A stretch of 64,000 bases of DNA from Gemmatimonadales bacterium. Its GTDB lineage: Bacteria; Gemmatimonadota; Gemmatimonadetes; Gemmatimonadales; GWC2-71-9. The stretch lies in contig JAWKQJ010000008.1 of assembly GCA_041390205.1 (NCBI GenBank), forward strand, positions 5,842 to 69,841. Reading direction: 5' to 3'. Position numbers and translations under genes: made by a program. Below the pieces are notes generated by a model, which did not search any database, was not told the origin of the DNA, and saw only the letters and a list, made by a program, of their open reading frames with translations. Each line of letters starts with the position of its first letter. Positions within the stretch are counted from its first letter, which is position 1. Of this stretch, positions 1 through 7,300 are shown piece by piece.

Positions 1-35
1 CGCCGCGATCGGTCGCTGAGCGGGACGGGCCGCCG

Positions 36-1115
36 TCAGGCCCAGAGCCCTTTGCGGGCGCGATAGTCCTCGCGCCCCCGGGCGATCACCTCGATCAACG
101 GCGCGGGATCGAAGCGCACCGGATCGGTGGCCGGGAGACCCGTCTCCTCGGTGGCCCGCCGGCAGGCCGCGCGCGCGTCCGCCTCGCTCAGATCGAAGGT
201 GTTGAGCGAGATCCCGATGACCCGCGTGGGGTGGACCGCCGAGCCGAGCATCTCGTAGAGCTCGACGTAGCGGGCGAGGCTCGGGATCTTGAGCCAGGGC
301 GTCGTGCGATACTCGCCGATGTGCTGCCGGCTGGTCTGATGACAGAGGATCATCGCGTCGGGGCAGGAGCCGTGGAGCAGCCCGAGGGTGACCCCCGAAT
401 ACCCGGGATGGATGATGCTGCCCTGGCCTTCCACCAGCACCACGTCGGCGTCCTTCGCGCCCTTGAGCACCAGCTCTTCGGCCGCTCCCGCGATGAAGTC
501 GGCGACCACCGCGTCTACCGCGATGCCCCATCCCTCGATGAAGATCCCGGTCTGACCGGTGGCGACGAAGCTGGTCCGCAGGCCACGCTGCTTGAGGCCG
601 GCCACCAGCTGGAGCTGGGCGGTCATCTTGCCGACGTTGCAGTCGGTCCCGACGGTGAGCACCACGTAGGGATCGACCAGCCGGGCCATCCCGGCGCCGA
701 TCGGCAGCTTGGCCGGGGGCTTTCTGGCGTCGAGGATCGACCGGCCGTGCCGCTTGGCCGCCGCCGCGATCTCGGGATCGTCGCTCAGGAAGGTGTGGAG
801 CCCGCTGATCAGGTCACACCCGGCTTCGATCGAGCGCACCAGCCAGGCGCGCCACTCGTCGGGGAGCTTCCCGCCGGCGGGGGCGATGCCGATCATCACG
901 GCGGTCGGCTTGAGCGCCAGGCCTTCTTCGATCGAGGCGACCACCGGGATGGCGCCGCCGAAGCCGAGCACCTGCTCGGCGGTCTTCCCCGCCGAGCGCC
1001 GGTCCAGCACGGCGACGACCCGGCCGGGATGATACCGGATCACCGAGTTGGCCGTCTTCGACTCCAACGGGTGGAAGTTGCCGTCGGCGATGATCAGGTA
1101 GCGAGGGCTGTCCAT
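36..1115 (-). CDS. DUF1611 domain-containing protein (D-glutamate N-acetyltransferase-like family)
   Basis: Intact 359-aa ORF. GTDCNVGKMT and VEGQGS..HPGYSG segments match my memory of the DUF1611 family. No search was run. Confidence 0.75.
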   Translation of the reverse strand: MDSPRYLIIADGNFHPLESKTANSVIRYHPGRVVAVLDRRSAGKTAEQVLGFGGAIPVVASIEEGLALKPTAVMIGIAPAGGKLPDEWRAWLVRSIEAGCDLISGLHTFLSDDPEIAAAAKRHGRSILDARKPPAKLPIGAGMARLVDPYVVLTVGTDCNVGKMTAQLQLVAGLKQRGLRTSFVATGQTGIFIEGWGIAVDAVVADFIAGAAEELVLKGAKDADVVLVEGQGSIIHPGYSGVTLGLLHGSCPDAMILCHQTSRQHIGEYRTTPWLKIPSLARYVELYEMLGSAVHPTRVIGISLNTFDLSEADARAACRRATEETGLPATDPVRFDPAPLIEVIARGREDYRARKGLWA

Positions 1116-1140
1116 GTGGGGTATCGGGAATTAAGGACAC

Positions 1141-1163
1141 GGCCCGGACCGTTCGGCCGGGCC
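1141..1163 (-). terminator. GC-rich hairpin between pspA stop and the DUF1611 start (terminator or attenuator candidate)
   Basis: GGCCCGG(A)CCG-TT-CGGCCGGGCC is a 10-bp stem with one bulge. On the minus strand it is followed by the moderately T-rich GTGTCCTTAATTCCC. It lies only 26 nt upstream of the next start, so its role is ambiguous. Confidence 0.3.
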
Positions 1164-1170
1164 AGAAAAT

Positions 1171-1190
1171 CGTATACAATACTGTATGCG
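1171..1190. promoter_or_regulatory. AT-rich inverted repeat CGTATACA-ATAC-TGTATGCG (candidate operator)
   Basis: 8-bp arms with one G-T mismatch, core ATACA-N4-TGTAT, sitting in a locally AT-rich pocket of a GC-rich genome. Confidence 0.25.
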
Positions 1191-1225
1191 AAAACCCCCG
1201 GGGTCAAGCCGACACCCGGGAACCG

Positions 1226-1999
1226 TTACGCGGCCGACCCGTCGTCCTCGACCACCTCGGCGTCGTCGACGCCGTCGGCCGCCGATTCGCCGCCGGTGCC
1301 GAGCTGCTTGGCGGCCTCGCCTTTGCCGAGCAGGCCCATCTTGGCCTTGAGCTCGATCAGCTGCTGATCGGCCGAGCCGTGATACTCGAGCTGCTTGAAC
1401 TGGGCCGAGAGATCGTCGGTCTGGAACTCCTGCTGGATCTCGGCGGCCGCGAGCGCCTTCCGCTCGATCGCCTCGATCTTCTCCGTCATCCGCTCGAAGG
1501 ACTCGAAGGCGCTCTTGTCGGACATGCCCGACATGGTCTCCTGGATCCGCTTCTGGGCCTCGGCGCGCTTGGCCCGCGCGATCAGGATGTTCTTCTTCCG
1601 CTTGGCTTCTTCGATCTTGTCGTTGAGCTGACGGAGCTGGATCTTGAGCGCTTCGGTCTCCGCCTTGTGCTTGACCCAGGTCTCGTGCAGGGTCTGCGCG
1701 CCCTGGAGCGCCTCGTTGTAGCGCAAGAGGGCCTGCTTGGCCAGGTCGTCACGGCCTTCCTGCACGGCCAGCATGGCGCGCCGCTCCCAGTCTTCCGCCT
1801 GCTTCTTCAGCGCGTCGGCGTCGGACTGGAGCTTCTTCTCGTCGGCGATCGCGGCGGCGGCTTCCTGCTTGGCCTTCGCCAGCTGCGACTTCATGTCGAG
1901 AATCAGCTGATTGAGCATCTTCTCCGGGTTTTCCGCCCGGGAGATCAAGTCGTTGATGTTCGACTTGATCATCGTGGAGAAGCGTTCGAAGATCCCCAT
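1226..1999 (-). CDS. pspA: PspA/IM30 family protein
   Basis: 257 aa. The canonical N-terminus MGIFERF..MIKSNINDLISRAENPEKMLNQLILDM is followed by a long heptad coiled coil and an acidic tail. The ATG lies 6 nt after the ybjN-like stop. Confidence 0.9.
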   Translation of the reverse strand: MGIFERFSTMIKSNINDLISRAENPEKMLNQLILDMKSQLAKAKQEAAAAIADEKKLQSDADALKKQAEDWERRAMLAVQEGRDDLAKQALLRYNEALQGAQTLHETWVKHKAETEALKIQLRQLNDKIEEAKRKKNILIARAKRAEAQKRIQETMSGMSDKSAFESFERMTEKIEAIERKALAAAEIQQEFQTDDLSAQFKQLEYHGSADQQLIELKAKMGLLGKGEAAKQLGTGGESAADGVDDAEVVEDDGSAA

Positions 2000-2005
2000 C
2001 GGAGC

Positions 2006-2401
2006 TTACCTTTCGCGGAACGGTGCGAGCGCGCCCAGGTGCGACGAGAGCGCGAGCGAGAGCGAATCGAAGCTGGCCTCGAACTCGGAGTAGTCGAGAC
2101 TCTCGAGCTCGAGCGCGTCGGTCAGCACGACGTGGTTGCCTTCCAGACCGTAGGATCCGTGCACCAGGTCGCTGGCGTTGAGCTTCAACAGCTCACGGAA
2201 GAGGCCGGTCTGCTTGTCGGCGGTGGTCGGCGGCTCCATGACCCGGACCCGCAGGATCACGACCGGGGGCGAGTAGCTGACCACGATCTCCGCCCCGGAC
2301 CCGGCGCGCACCAACCAGAGCCCCGGCTCGACCTCTTTGGACTCGAGCGAACCGCCTTCGAGCCGGTCGATGAACGCCTGGATGTCTTCCTTTGTCACCA
2401 T
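2006..2401 (-). CDS. YbjN-like / type III secretion chaperone-like small acidic protein
   Basis: 131-aa ORF with a strong SD (GCAGGAGGGAGCGGCATG). The alpha/beta pattern resembles the YbjN family; that assignment is from memory and tentative. Confidence 0.55.
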   Translation of the reverse strand: MVTKEDIQAFIDRLEGGSLESKEVEPGLWLVRAGSGAEIVVSYSPPVVILRVRVMEPPTTADKQTGLFRELLKLNASDLVHGSYGLEGNHVVLTDALELESLDYSEFEASFDSLSLALSSHLGALAPFRER

Positions 2402-2474
2402 GCCGCTCCCTCCTGCAAGGATCGGGCGACTACAAGTTACACCGCGACACCAGGGACCGCTTCGGCCGGGCGAG

Positions 2475-2864
2475 CTACGGGAGCCCGCCCGTCTCCTCCT
2501 GCTTCGCCTGGGCGAGGAGCCGCTCCGAGAAGTCCACGCGCTCCTCCAACTCGAGCACCCGGGCCCGGAGCTCGTCGAGCTCGGCCATCACGGTCTCGGG
2601 CGGCAGCTCGCTCGAATCGCCCTGGGACTGGATCCGGCGCGCGAGCGCCTGTCCGACCGGGCCCCGGAGGACGACGGCGGCCGCGATGCCGCCGACCACG
2701 GTGGCCGGGATCACGAAGTCCTCGCCCACCACGAGGCCCAGCACGGTGTAGGCCGCCAGCGCCAGGGCGGCCAGCACCGCGAGCGTCGTCAGGGAACGGT
2801 CCCGGCCGCTCATCGCGCGCGCGCTCGATCCGTCATCGCGGCGTCGGGGTGGCGGGGTCGGCAT
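2475..2864 (-). CDS. Small membrane/coiled-coil protein, array member 8 of 8 (two predicted TM helices)
   Basis: 129 aa with the motifs GPVGQALARRI and ELEERVDFSERLL. The ATG has GAGG 6 nt upstream and overlaps member 7 by 32 nt. An alternative ATG exists at 2813. Confidence 0.7.
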   Translation of the reverse strand: MPTPPPRRRDDGSSARAMSGRDRSLTTLAVLAALALAAYTVLGLVVGEDFVIPATVVGGIAAAVVLRGPVGQALARRIQSQGDSSELPPETVMAELDELRARVLELEERVDFSERLLAQAKQEETGGLP

Positions 2865-3141
2865 CGCGGGCCTCGCCCGAGGCCAGCAATCGCTCGGCGA
2901 AGTCCAGTCGCTCCTCGAGCTCGAGCACCCGGCTCTGCTGCTCTTCCAGCTCGGCCACCCGGGCCTCGAGCTCCACGACTCGTTGCGCGGCCATCTCGCC
3001 CGTCGAGAGCCCGTCCTTCGAGTCGCCGCCTCGCTTGGCGCCGATCAGGCGGCCCAGCGCCTGCCCGACCGGCCCGAGCAGGAGCGAGCCGCCGATCACG
3101 CCGACGGCGATGAAGAGCGCGAAGAATCCGCTTTCACCCAT
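2833..3141 (-). CDS. Small membrane/coiled-coil protein, array member 7 of 8
   Basis: 102 aa: one TM helix, GPVGQALGRLI, GLSTGEMAA and LELEERLDFAERLL. A GGAGGA SD is present, with an 8-nt overlap with member 6. Confidence 0.75.
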   Translation of the reverse strand: MGESGFFALFIAVGVIGGSLLLGPVGQALGRLIGAKRGGDSKDGLSTGEMAAQRVVELEARVAELEEQQSRVLELEERLDFAERLLASGEARDADPATPTPR

Positions 3142-3448
3142 CGGCGGGGGATCCTCCGGCCGGGGTGGCCACCCGCTCGCCGCTGCCTTTGACCAGCAGT
3201 CGCTCGGCGAAGTCGAGACGCTCCTCGAGATCGAGGAGCCGGGCCTGGACCGCCTCCAGCTCGCCCAGGCGTGACTCGACGTCGGCCAGCCGCTCGGCGG
3301 CCATCTCGCCGGTCGAGAGCCCCGTCTTCGCGCCGGCGTCCTTGCCGCCGATCCGCCGGGCGAGGGCGTGGCCGACCGGTCCGGCCAGCAAGGCGACCAT
3401 CATCCCGCCGACGGCGAGGAAGAACGCGACGAACGCTGGATCACCCAT
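3134..3448 (-). CDS. Small membrane/coiled-coil protein, array member 6 of 8
   Basis: The internal ATG at 3448 of the 159-aa ORF gives 104 aa (MGDPAFVAFF..). It has a GGAGGG SD 6 nt upstream and the motifs GPVGHALARRI and DLEERLDFAERLL. Confidence 0.75.
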   Translation of the reverse strand: MGDPAFVAFFLAVGGMMVALLAGPVGHALARRIGGKDAGAKTGLSTGEMAAERLADVESRLGELEAVQARLLDLEERLDFAERLLVKGSGERVATPAGGSPADG

Positions 3449-3818
3449 CGGAACCCTCCGCTCCGGGCAGTTTGGCCGGCTCGGTGGCGCGAGCCAGCAG
3501 GCGCTCCGTGAAGTCGAGCCGCTCCTCCAGCTCGGCCACCCGACCCTGGGCGTGCTCCAAGTCCGCCATCCGCTGCTCCATCTCCTCGAAGCGAAGGGCG
3601 GCCATCTGGCCACTCGAGAGCCCTTCCGGATCGGCGGGCGCCCGCTTCAGGGCGAAATGGCGGCGAAAGCCAAGCGCGATCAGGGACGCCGCGACGACAC
3701 CCGGAATCACTTCCTCGTCGCCCTGCATGCCGACGAAGGCCATCAGCATCGCCGTGACCGCGGCGTGGAGGAACACGTCGAACCACTCGAGGCCGATGTT
3801 GCGCTTGAACCAGCCCAC
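3441..3818 (-). CDS. Small membrane/coiled-coil protein, array member 5 of 8 (two predicted TM helices)
   Basis: 125 aa, GTG start 1 nt after the member 4 stop. Contains GLSSGQMAAL and ELEERLDFTERLL. Confidence 0.7.
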   Translation of the reverse strand: MGWFKRNIGLEWFDVFLHAAVTAMLMAFVGMQGDEEVIPGVVAASLIALGFRRHFALKRAPADPEGLSSGQMAALRFEEMEQRMADLEHAQGRVAELEERLDFTERLLARATEPAKLPGAEGSDG

Positions 3819-3819
3819 C

Positions 3820-4083
3820 TCAGCGGAGCTCCCGAGCGGCTTCCGTCGTCCTGGCCAGCAGGCGCTCCGCGAACTCGACCCGCTCGTGGAGCTCGTCGCG
3901 GTCGCGCTCCAGCTCAGCGATCCGCGCCTCGAGGTCGAGCACCCGTTCGTCCGACGCCGGGGAATGGCCTTCCAACCGCTTGGCCAGCGCCCGGCCGATC
4001 GGCCCCCGCAGCACCAGCGCCAGACCGCCGACCACCATCATGGTGGTGGCGATGATCATCGGAGCGACGTCGCTCGGGTTCAT
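3820..4083 (-). CDS. Small membrane/coiled-coil protein, array member 4 of 8
   Basis: The internal ATG at 4083 of the 226-aa ORF gives 87 aa (MNPSDVAPMII..) with a GGAG SD. Motifs are GPIGRALAKRL and LHERVEFAERLL. ATGA overlap with member 3. Confidence 0.7.
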   Translation of the reverse strand: MNPSDVAPMIIATTMMVVGGLALVLRGPIGRALAKRLEGHSPASDERVLDLEARIAELERDRDELHERVEFAERLLARTTEAARELR

Positions 4084-4430
4084 TGCTCCGCCGGCCTCCC
4101 GATCTGCTCCGGTTGCCGCTGGGCGAGCATCCGCTCGCTGAAATCCACCCGGTCCTCCAGCTCCGCCAGACGCTGATGCAGCCCGTCGACCTCGCCGAGA
4201 CGGGCGCGCAGGTGCTCGACTTCTTCCTTGAGCGCCGGGTCGCCACCACCCCGCTCCAACCGCCGGGCCCAGGCCCGGACCAGCGGGAAGAGCAGCAGGC
4301 CGCCGACCACGATCGCGATCACGGCGATGATCAGCTCTTCGGGCGGCCCCCCGCGCGGCGCGAAGATCACCGGGAAGTCTTGCGGCAGCTCCGGAATCGG
4401 GGGCAGCGGCGGCAGCGGGGCCTGTTGCAT
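4080..4430 (-). CDS. Small membrane/coiled-coil protein, array member 3 of 8 (Pro-rich N-terminus)
   Basis: 116 aa: Pro-rich leader, TM helix IIAVIAIVVGGLLLFPLV, ARRLER and ELEDRVDFSERML. The ATG lies 2 nt after the member 2 stop. Confidence 0.7.
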   Translation of the reverse strand: MQQAPLPPLPPIPELPQDFPVIFAPRGGPPEELIIAVIAIVVGGLLLFPLVRAWARRLERGGGDPALKEEVEHLRARLGEVDGLHQRLAELEDRVDFSERMLAQRQPEQIGRPAEQ

Positions 4431-4432
4431 GG

Positions 4433-4723
4433 TCAGCTCGGCTCGTTGGGAGCGGCAAGACGCGAGGGCTCGTTCCCCTGGGAGAGCACCCGCTCGGCAA
4501 AGTCGAGGCGCTCCTCGACCTCGGCCAGCCGGGCGCGCACCTCGTCCAACTCGACCACCTGGCTCCTGAGCAGCTCGACCTCCTGGTCGCTCAACTGGCT
4601 CGCCTCACGATGACCCAACTTGCGGCCCATCGCGGAAACCAGGATGAACGCCGCGTACCCGAGCGTCCCCGTGACGATCAGCGTGAGCATCACGCCCGCG
4701 AAGGTGAGGACGTCCGGACTCAC
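4433..4723 (-). CDS. Small membrane/coiled-coil protein, array member 2 of 8
   Basis: 96 aa, GTG start in a GTGA overlap with member 1. One TM helix and EVEERLDFAERVL. Confidence 0.7.
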   Translation of the reverse strand: MSPDVLTFAGVMLTLIVTGTLGYAAFILVSAMGRKLGHREASQLSDQEVELLRSQVVELDEVRARLAEVEERLDFAERVLSQGNEPSRLAAPNEPS

Positions 4724-5016
4724 GGCGCGACCCGCCTCGGCTCGGGCTCCGAACGCTGCGCCAGCAACCGCTCGCTGAAGTCGATCCGTTCCTCGGCGTC
4801 GAAGAGACGCTGCTCGAGATGCTCGACCTGCTGCTTGAGGGCATCCATTTCCTGGAGCACTTCGGGGTCCTGCTGCCCGCTCCGTCCCGCGATCCGGCGC
4901 GCCAATGCCTGCCCGATCGGGCCGCGGCCGACCCCGACGACCGCGTAGCCGACCGCCACGACCGAGATCACCCCGGTGAGCATGCCCGCGATCGGGACTA
5001 GCACGTCTGGACCCAT
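4720..5016 (-). CDS. Small membrane/coiled-coil protein, array member 1 of 8
   Basis: 98 aa, ATG start. One TM helix, GPIGQALARRI and AEERIDFSERLL. Confidence 0.7.
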   Translation of the reverse strand: MGPDVLVPIAGMLTGVISVVAVGYAVVGVGRGPIGQALARRIAGRSGQQDPEVLQEMDALKQQVEHLEQRLFDAEERIDFSERLLAQRSEPEPRRVAP

Positions 5017-5140
5017 CGGCGCCCTATTCTATTGTGTGTCCGACACTTGCGGCCAGGCGTCCAGGCTGGTTCCAGGACGTGCCGATCCGACCGAGCCTAC
5101 GGCCGGACGTTCCATAATGTTTCATGATGGACGACCCTTT

Positions 5141-5356
5141 TCAAGCGATGTCCACCCGGCTGATCTGGGTGAGCGACACGGCGATCTCGATTTCCTGCGC
5201 ACCGATCGGGTGGAGGTAGACCTCGTGCGCGCCGATCTCGCGGTCGACGCTGGTAGGGATGCCGACGATCTCCCGGCGATCGAGGGTGGTGATGCGAACC
5301 GGCTGCTCCTGCCCCGTGGCAAAGCTGAGGAGCTCTACGATCGACTCGTATTGCAT
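5141..5356 (-). CDS. Hypothetical small protein (71 aa)
   Basis: An ATG at 5356 inside a spurious 723-aa ORF gives MQYESIVELLSFATGQEQPVRITTLDRREIVGIP.., whose composition is non-repetitive and protein-like, unlike the Arg/Gly-rich upstream part. No family recognised. Confidence 0.4.
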   Translation of the reverse strand: MQYESIVELLSFATGQEQPVRITTLDRREIVGIPTSVDREIGAHEVYLHPIGAQEIEIAVSLTQISRVDIA

Positions 5357-5443
5357 CCGTGCCTCCGGCCGAGGGTTCCCGCCAATGTAGCGTGGCCGGT
5401 TCGATCTTTCGAATCCAGAGTCCCGATCGCAGATTGAGCGTCC

Positions 5444-7300
5444 ATGACCCCGTCCTCCTCCCGCCCCGCGCCAGCCGAGCCTGCCCGGCTCGCGGCCCAC
5501 TGGACGAGGCATTGGGTGCCGGCCCGAGAGGCGCTCCGGAGCCATTGGCGGCCCGCGCTGCTGCTGCTCGGCCTCGGCGCCTTGGGGCTGGCCGCGGCCG
5601 CCGCCACCAGCGCCCTCGCCCCTCCCTCGAGTGGCGCCTGGCCCCTCTCGGTCGCTTCCGACCCGGGACCGATCGACGCCGGCGTCGCGTGGACCTCGGG
5701 CGCCCGGACCCCGGCGGGCACGGCCAACCTCGCGGCCCGCCGCCTCCTCGAGCTGCTGGCCGTGCTCGGTTGGGTGAGCTTCGCGGTCGCGGGCGTCTCG
5801 ATCCTGGCCCTGGGCGTGGCGCAGATGGATACCCGGGCCAGCGAGGCGACCGTTCGCCGGGCCGTCGGCGCCTCGCGTCGGGCGCTGCTCGCCTCTCATC
5901 TCCTCGAGGGAATTGTCCTGGTCGCGGTCGCCGTGCCGCTCGGCATCGCGGTCGCTCGACTCGCGAGCGCCGGCGCCGCCGCGACCTGGCCCGGCGACGT
6001 CGGCCCGAACGGGGCTCGGGCCTGGCTCCTGCCCACGCTGCTCACCGGCGGGCTGCTCCTGTTGGCGGCCGGGTCCGCGTCGTTCGGCGCGCGCCGGGCT
6101 CGTCTCGCCGACCCGCCTCCCGAGGAGGTCGGCCTCAAGGTCCCGATCTTCCAGATCGCGCTCTCGAGCGCGCTGCTCGTGGCAGCCCTGCTGGTCATCC
6201 AGCGGGCGCGGGCCACCCCGGAGGCGACCAGCCCGGCTCTCGCCGGCGACGTCTCGGTGCTGCTCAGCGGCCTCCCCGAGGAGCTGACGGCCAGGTCGGA
6301 GCGGCTCAAGGCCGCGCTCGGCCGGCTGGCCGACGACGATCGGTTCGACGCGGTCTACCTGACCAGCCCCGGCCAGTCGCGCGGCCTGGGCACGATCGAC
6401 GCGATCAGCACCGACTGCGGCGCCTGTCCGGCGGCCGGGGTGATCCTCCGCTGGCATCATCTCTCCGCGGTCCATCACGTCGTCTCTCCCGACACCTTTC
6501 GGGCGGAGGGCATTCGCGTCGCGGAGGGCCGCGGCTTCACCACGCTGGACGATACCTCGGCGGAGCGGGTGGCCGTGATCAACCGGGTGCTGGCGAACAA
6601 CCATTTCGAAGCCGCCGGCGCACTGGGCCGGCCGCTCTACCTGGCGCGCGGCTTTCTGACCGAGCCCTATCGAGTGGTGGGCATCGTGGACGACCGGCCG
6701 GCGACCGCGTTCGGCGGCCCCTCTCAGCCCGTCGAGACCGTATACCTCTCGGCCTATCAGCACCCACCCGACCGGGCCGAGCTGCTGCTGCGCCCGGCGG
6801 CTGGGACGCCGCACGACTCGATCGACGAGGCGGTGGGGCCCGCGTTGGCGGGGGCCAGGCTGGAAGCGGCGGAGCGACTCGCGGTGCGTGCACGCCGCGG
6901 GAGCGCCGTGGTCGGGTGGCTCGGACGGAGCTTCGAGGTCGCGGCCCTGGCGACGCTGCTGGCGGCCGTCGTCGGTCTGGCCGCCGTGCTCGGCCTCTGG
7001 ATCGCGTCGCGGCGGCGCGAGCTGATGCTCCGCCGCGCGGTCGGATCGACGCGGGTTCGGATGCTCGGCTTCGTGCTGGCGCGGATCGGCGGCGCAGTGG
7101 GGCTCGGTCTGGCCCTCGGCCTCTTCTTCTTCGCCTCGGTGCTCTGGGCGGCGTTCGACGCCGTGCTGGAGGGCTTCCCTCTCGTCGACCTGCGGGTGTT
7201 GCTCACCGTGGCCGGCATCGTCACGGTCGCCTCGCTCGCGGCCACGATCGGATCGCTCGGGCGGCTCGCCCGAGCCAACCCCGCGGAGCAGCTGCATTGA
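5444..7300 (+). CDS. FtsX-like ABC transporter permease, duplicated (ADOP/MacB-like), no adjacent ATPase
   Basis: 618 aa with two TM clusters ending in FtsX-type segments, the C-terminal one being LRRAVGSTRVRMLGFVLARIGG... A periplasmic domain lies between the clusters. Confidence 0.8.
   Translation: MTPSSSRPAPAEPARLAAHWTRHWVPAREALRSHWRPALLLLGLGALGLAAAAATSALAPPSSGAWPLSVASDPGPIDAGVAWTSGARTPAGTANLAARRLLELLAVLGWVSFAVAGVSILALGVAQMDTRASEATVRRAVGASRRALLASHLLEGIVLVAVAVPLGIAVARLASAGAAATWPGDVGPNGARAWLLPTLLTGGLLLLAAGSASFGARRARLADPPPEEVGLKVPIFQIALSSALLVAALLVIQRARATPEATSPALAGDVSVLLSGLPEELTARSERLKAALGRLADDDRFDAVYLTSPGQSRGLGTIDAISTDCGACPAAGVILRWHHLSAVHHVVSPDTFRAEGIRVAEGRGFTTLDDTSAERVAVINRVLANNHFEAAGALGRPLYLARGFLTEPYRVVGIVDDRPATAFGGPSQPVETVYLSAYQHPPDRAELLLRPAAGTPHDSIDEAVGPALAGARLEAAERLAVRARRGSAVVGWLGRSFEVAALATLLAAVVGLAAVLGLWIASRRRELMLRRAVGSTRVRMLGFVLARIGGAVGLGLALGLFFFASVLWAAFDAVLEGFPLVDLRVLLTVAGIVTVASLAATIGSLGRLARANPAEQLH

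Larger units (their letters stand above)
2475..5016 (-). repeat. Periodic coding repeat: about 45-nt conserved block recurring 8 times at roughly 265-390 bp spacing
   Basis: Plus-strand blocks of the form CAGCA(G/A)NCGCTC(G/C)G(C/T)GAA(G/C)TC(G/C)A(G/C)NCGCTCCTC(G/C)AG occur near 2510, 2880, 3190, 3490, 3850, 4130, 4480 and 4765. They encode the LEERLDFAERLL motif of the eight paralogs. Confidence 0.85.

Noticed and set aside
1379-3274. Long ORFs antisense to or overlapping recognisable genes. Examples: 231-1367 (+), 1379-3274 (+, 631 aa), the upstream 650 aa of 5141-7312 (-), 5359-7296 (+), 8675-11308 (-, 877 aa), 8734-10905 (+), 29055-32402 (+, 1115 aa), 33767-35506 (+), 44840-47404 (+, 854 aa), 48038-49657 (+).
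   Set aside because: Their translations are Arg/Gly/Pro/Ala-rich low-complexity strings with no family motifs, and they lie opposite genes with clear homology signatures. This is the stop-codon-poor artefact expected in very GC-rich DNA.
2475-5016. The regularly spaced roughly 45-nt repeats could have been a CRISPR-like or other non-coding array.
   Set aside because: The spacing (about 265-390 bp) and the content are wrong for CRISPR. The repeats sit in frame at the C-termini of eight ORFs and encode a conserved peptide motif, so this is a coding paralog array.
5017-5140. Sigma-54 promoter (TGGCAC-N5-TTGCA) upstream of the psp array, as in the enterobacterial psp operon.
   Set aside because: The best candidates on the minus strand (cGGCACGtcctGGAAc and cTGGCCGcaagtGTCGg) lack the -12 GC element at the right spacing. 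No PspF-like activator gene is in the window.
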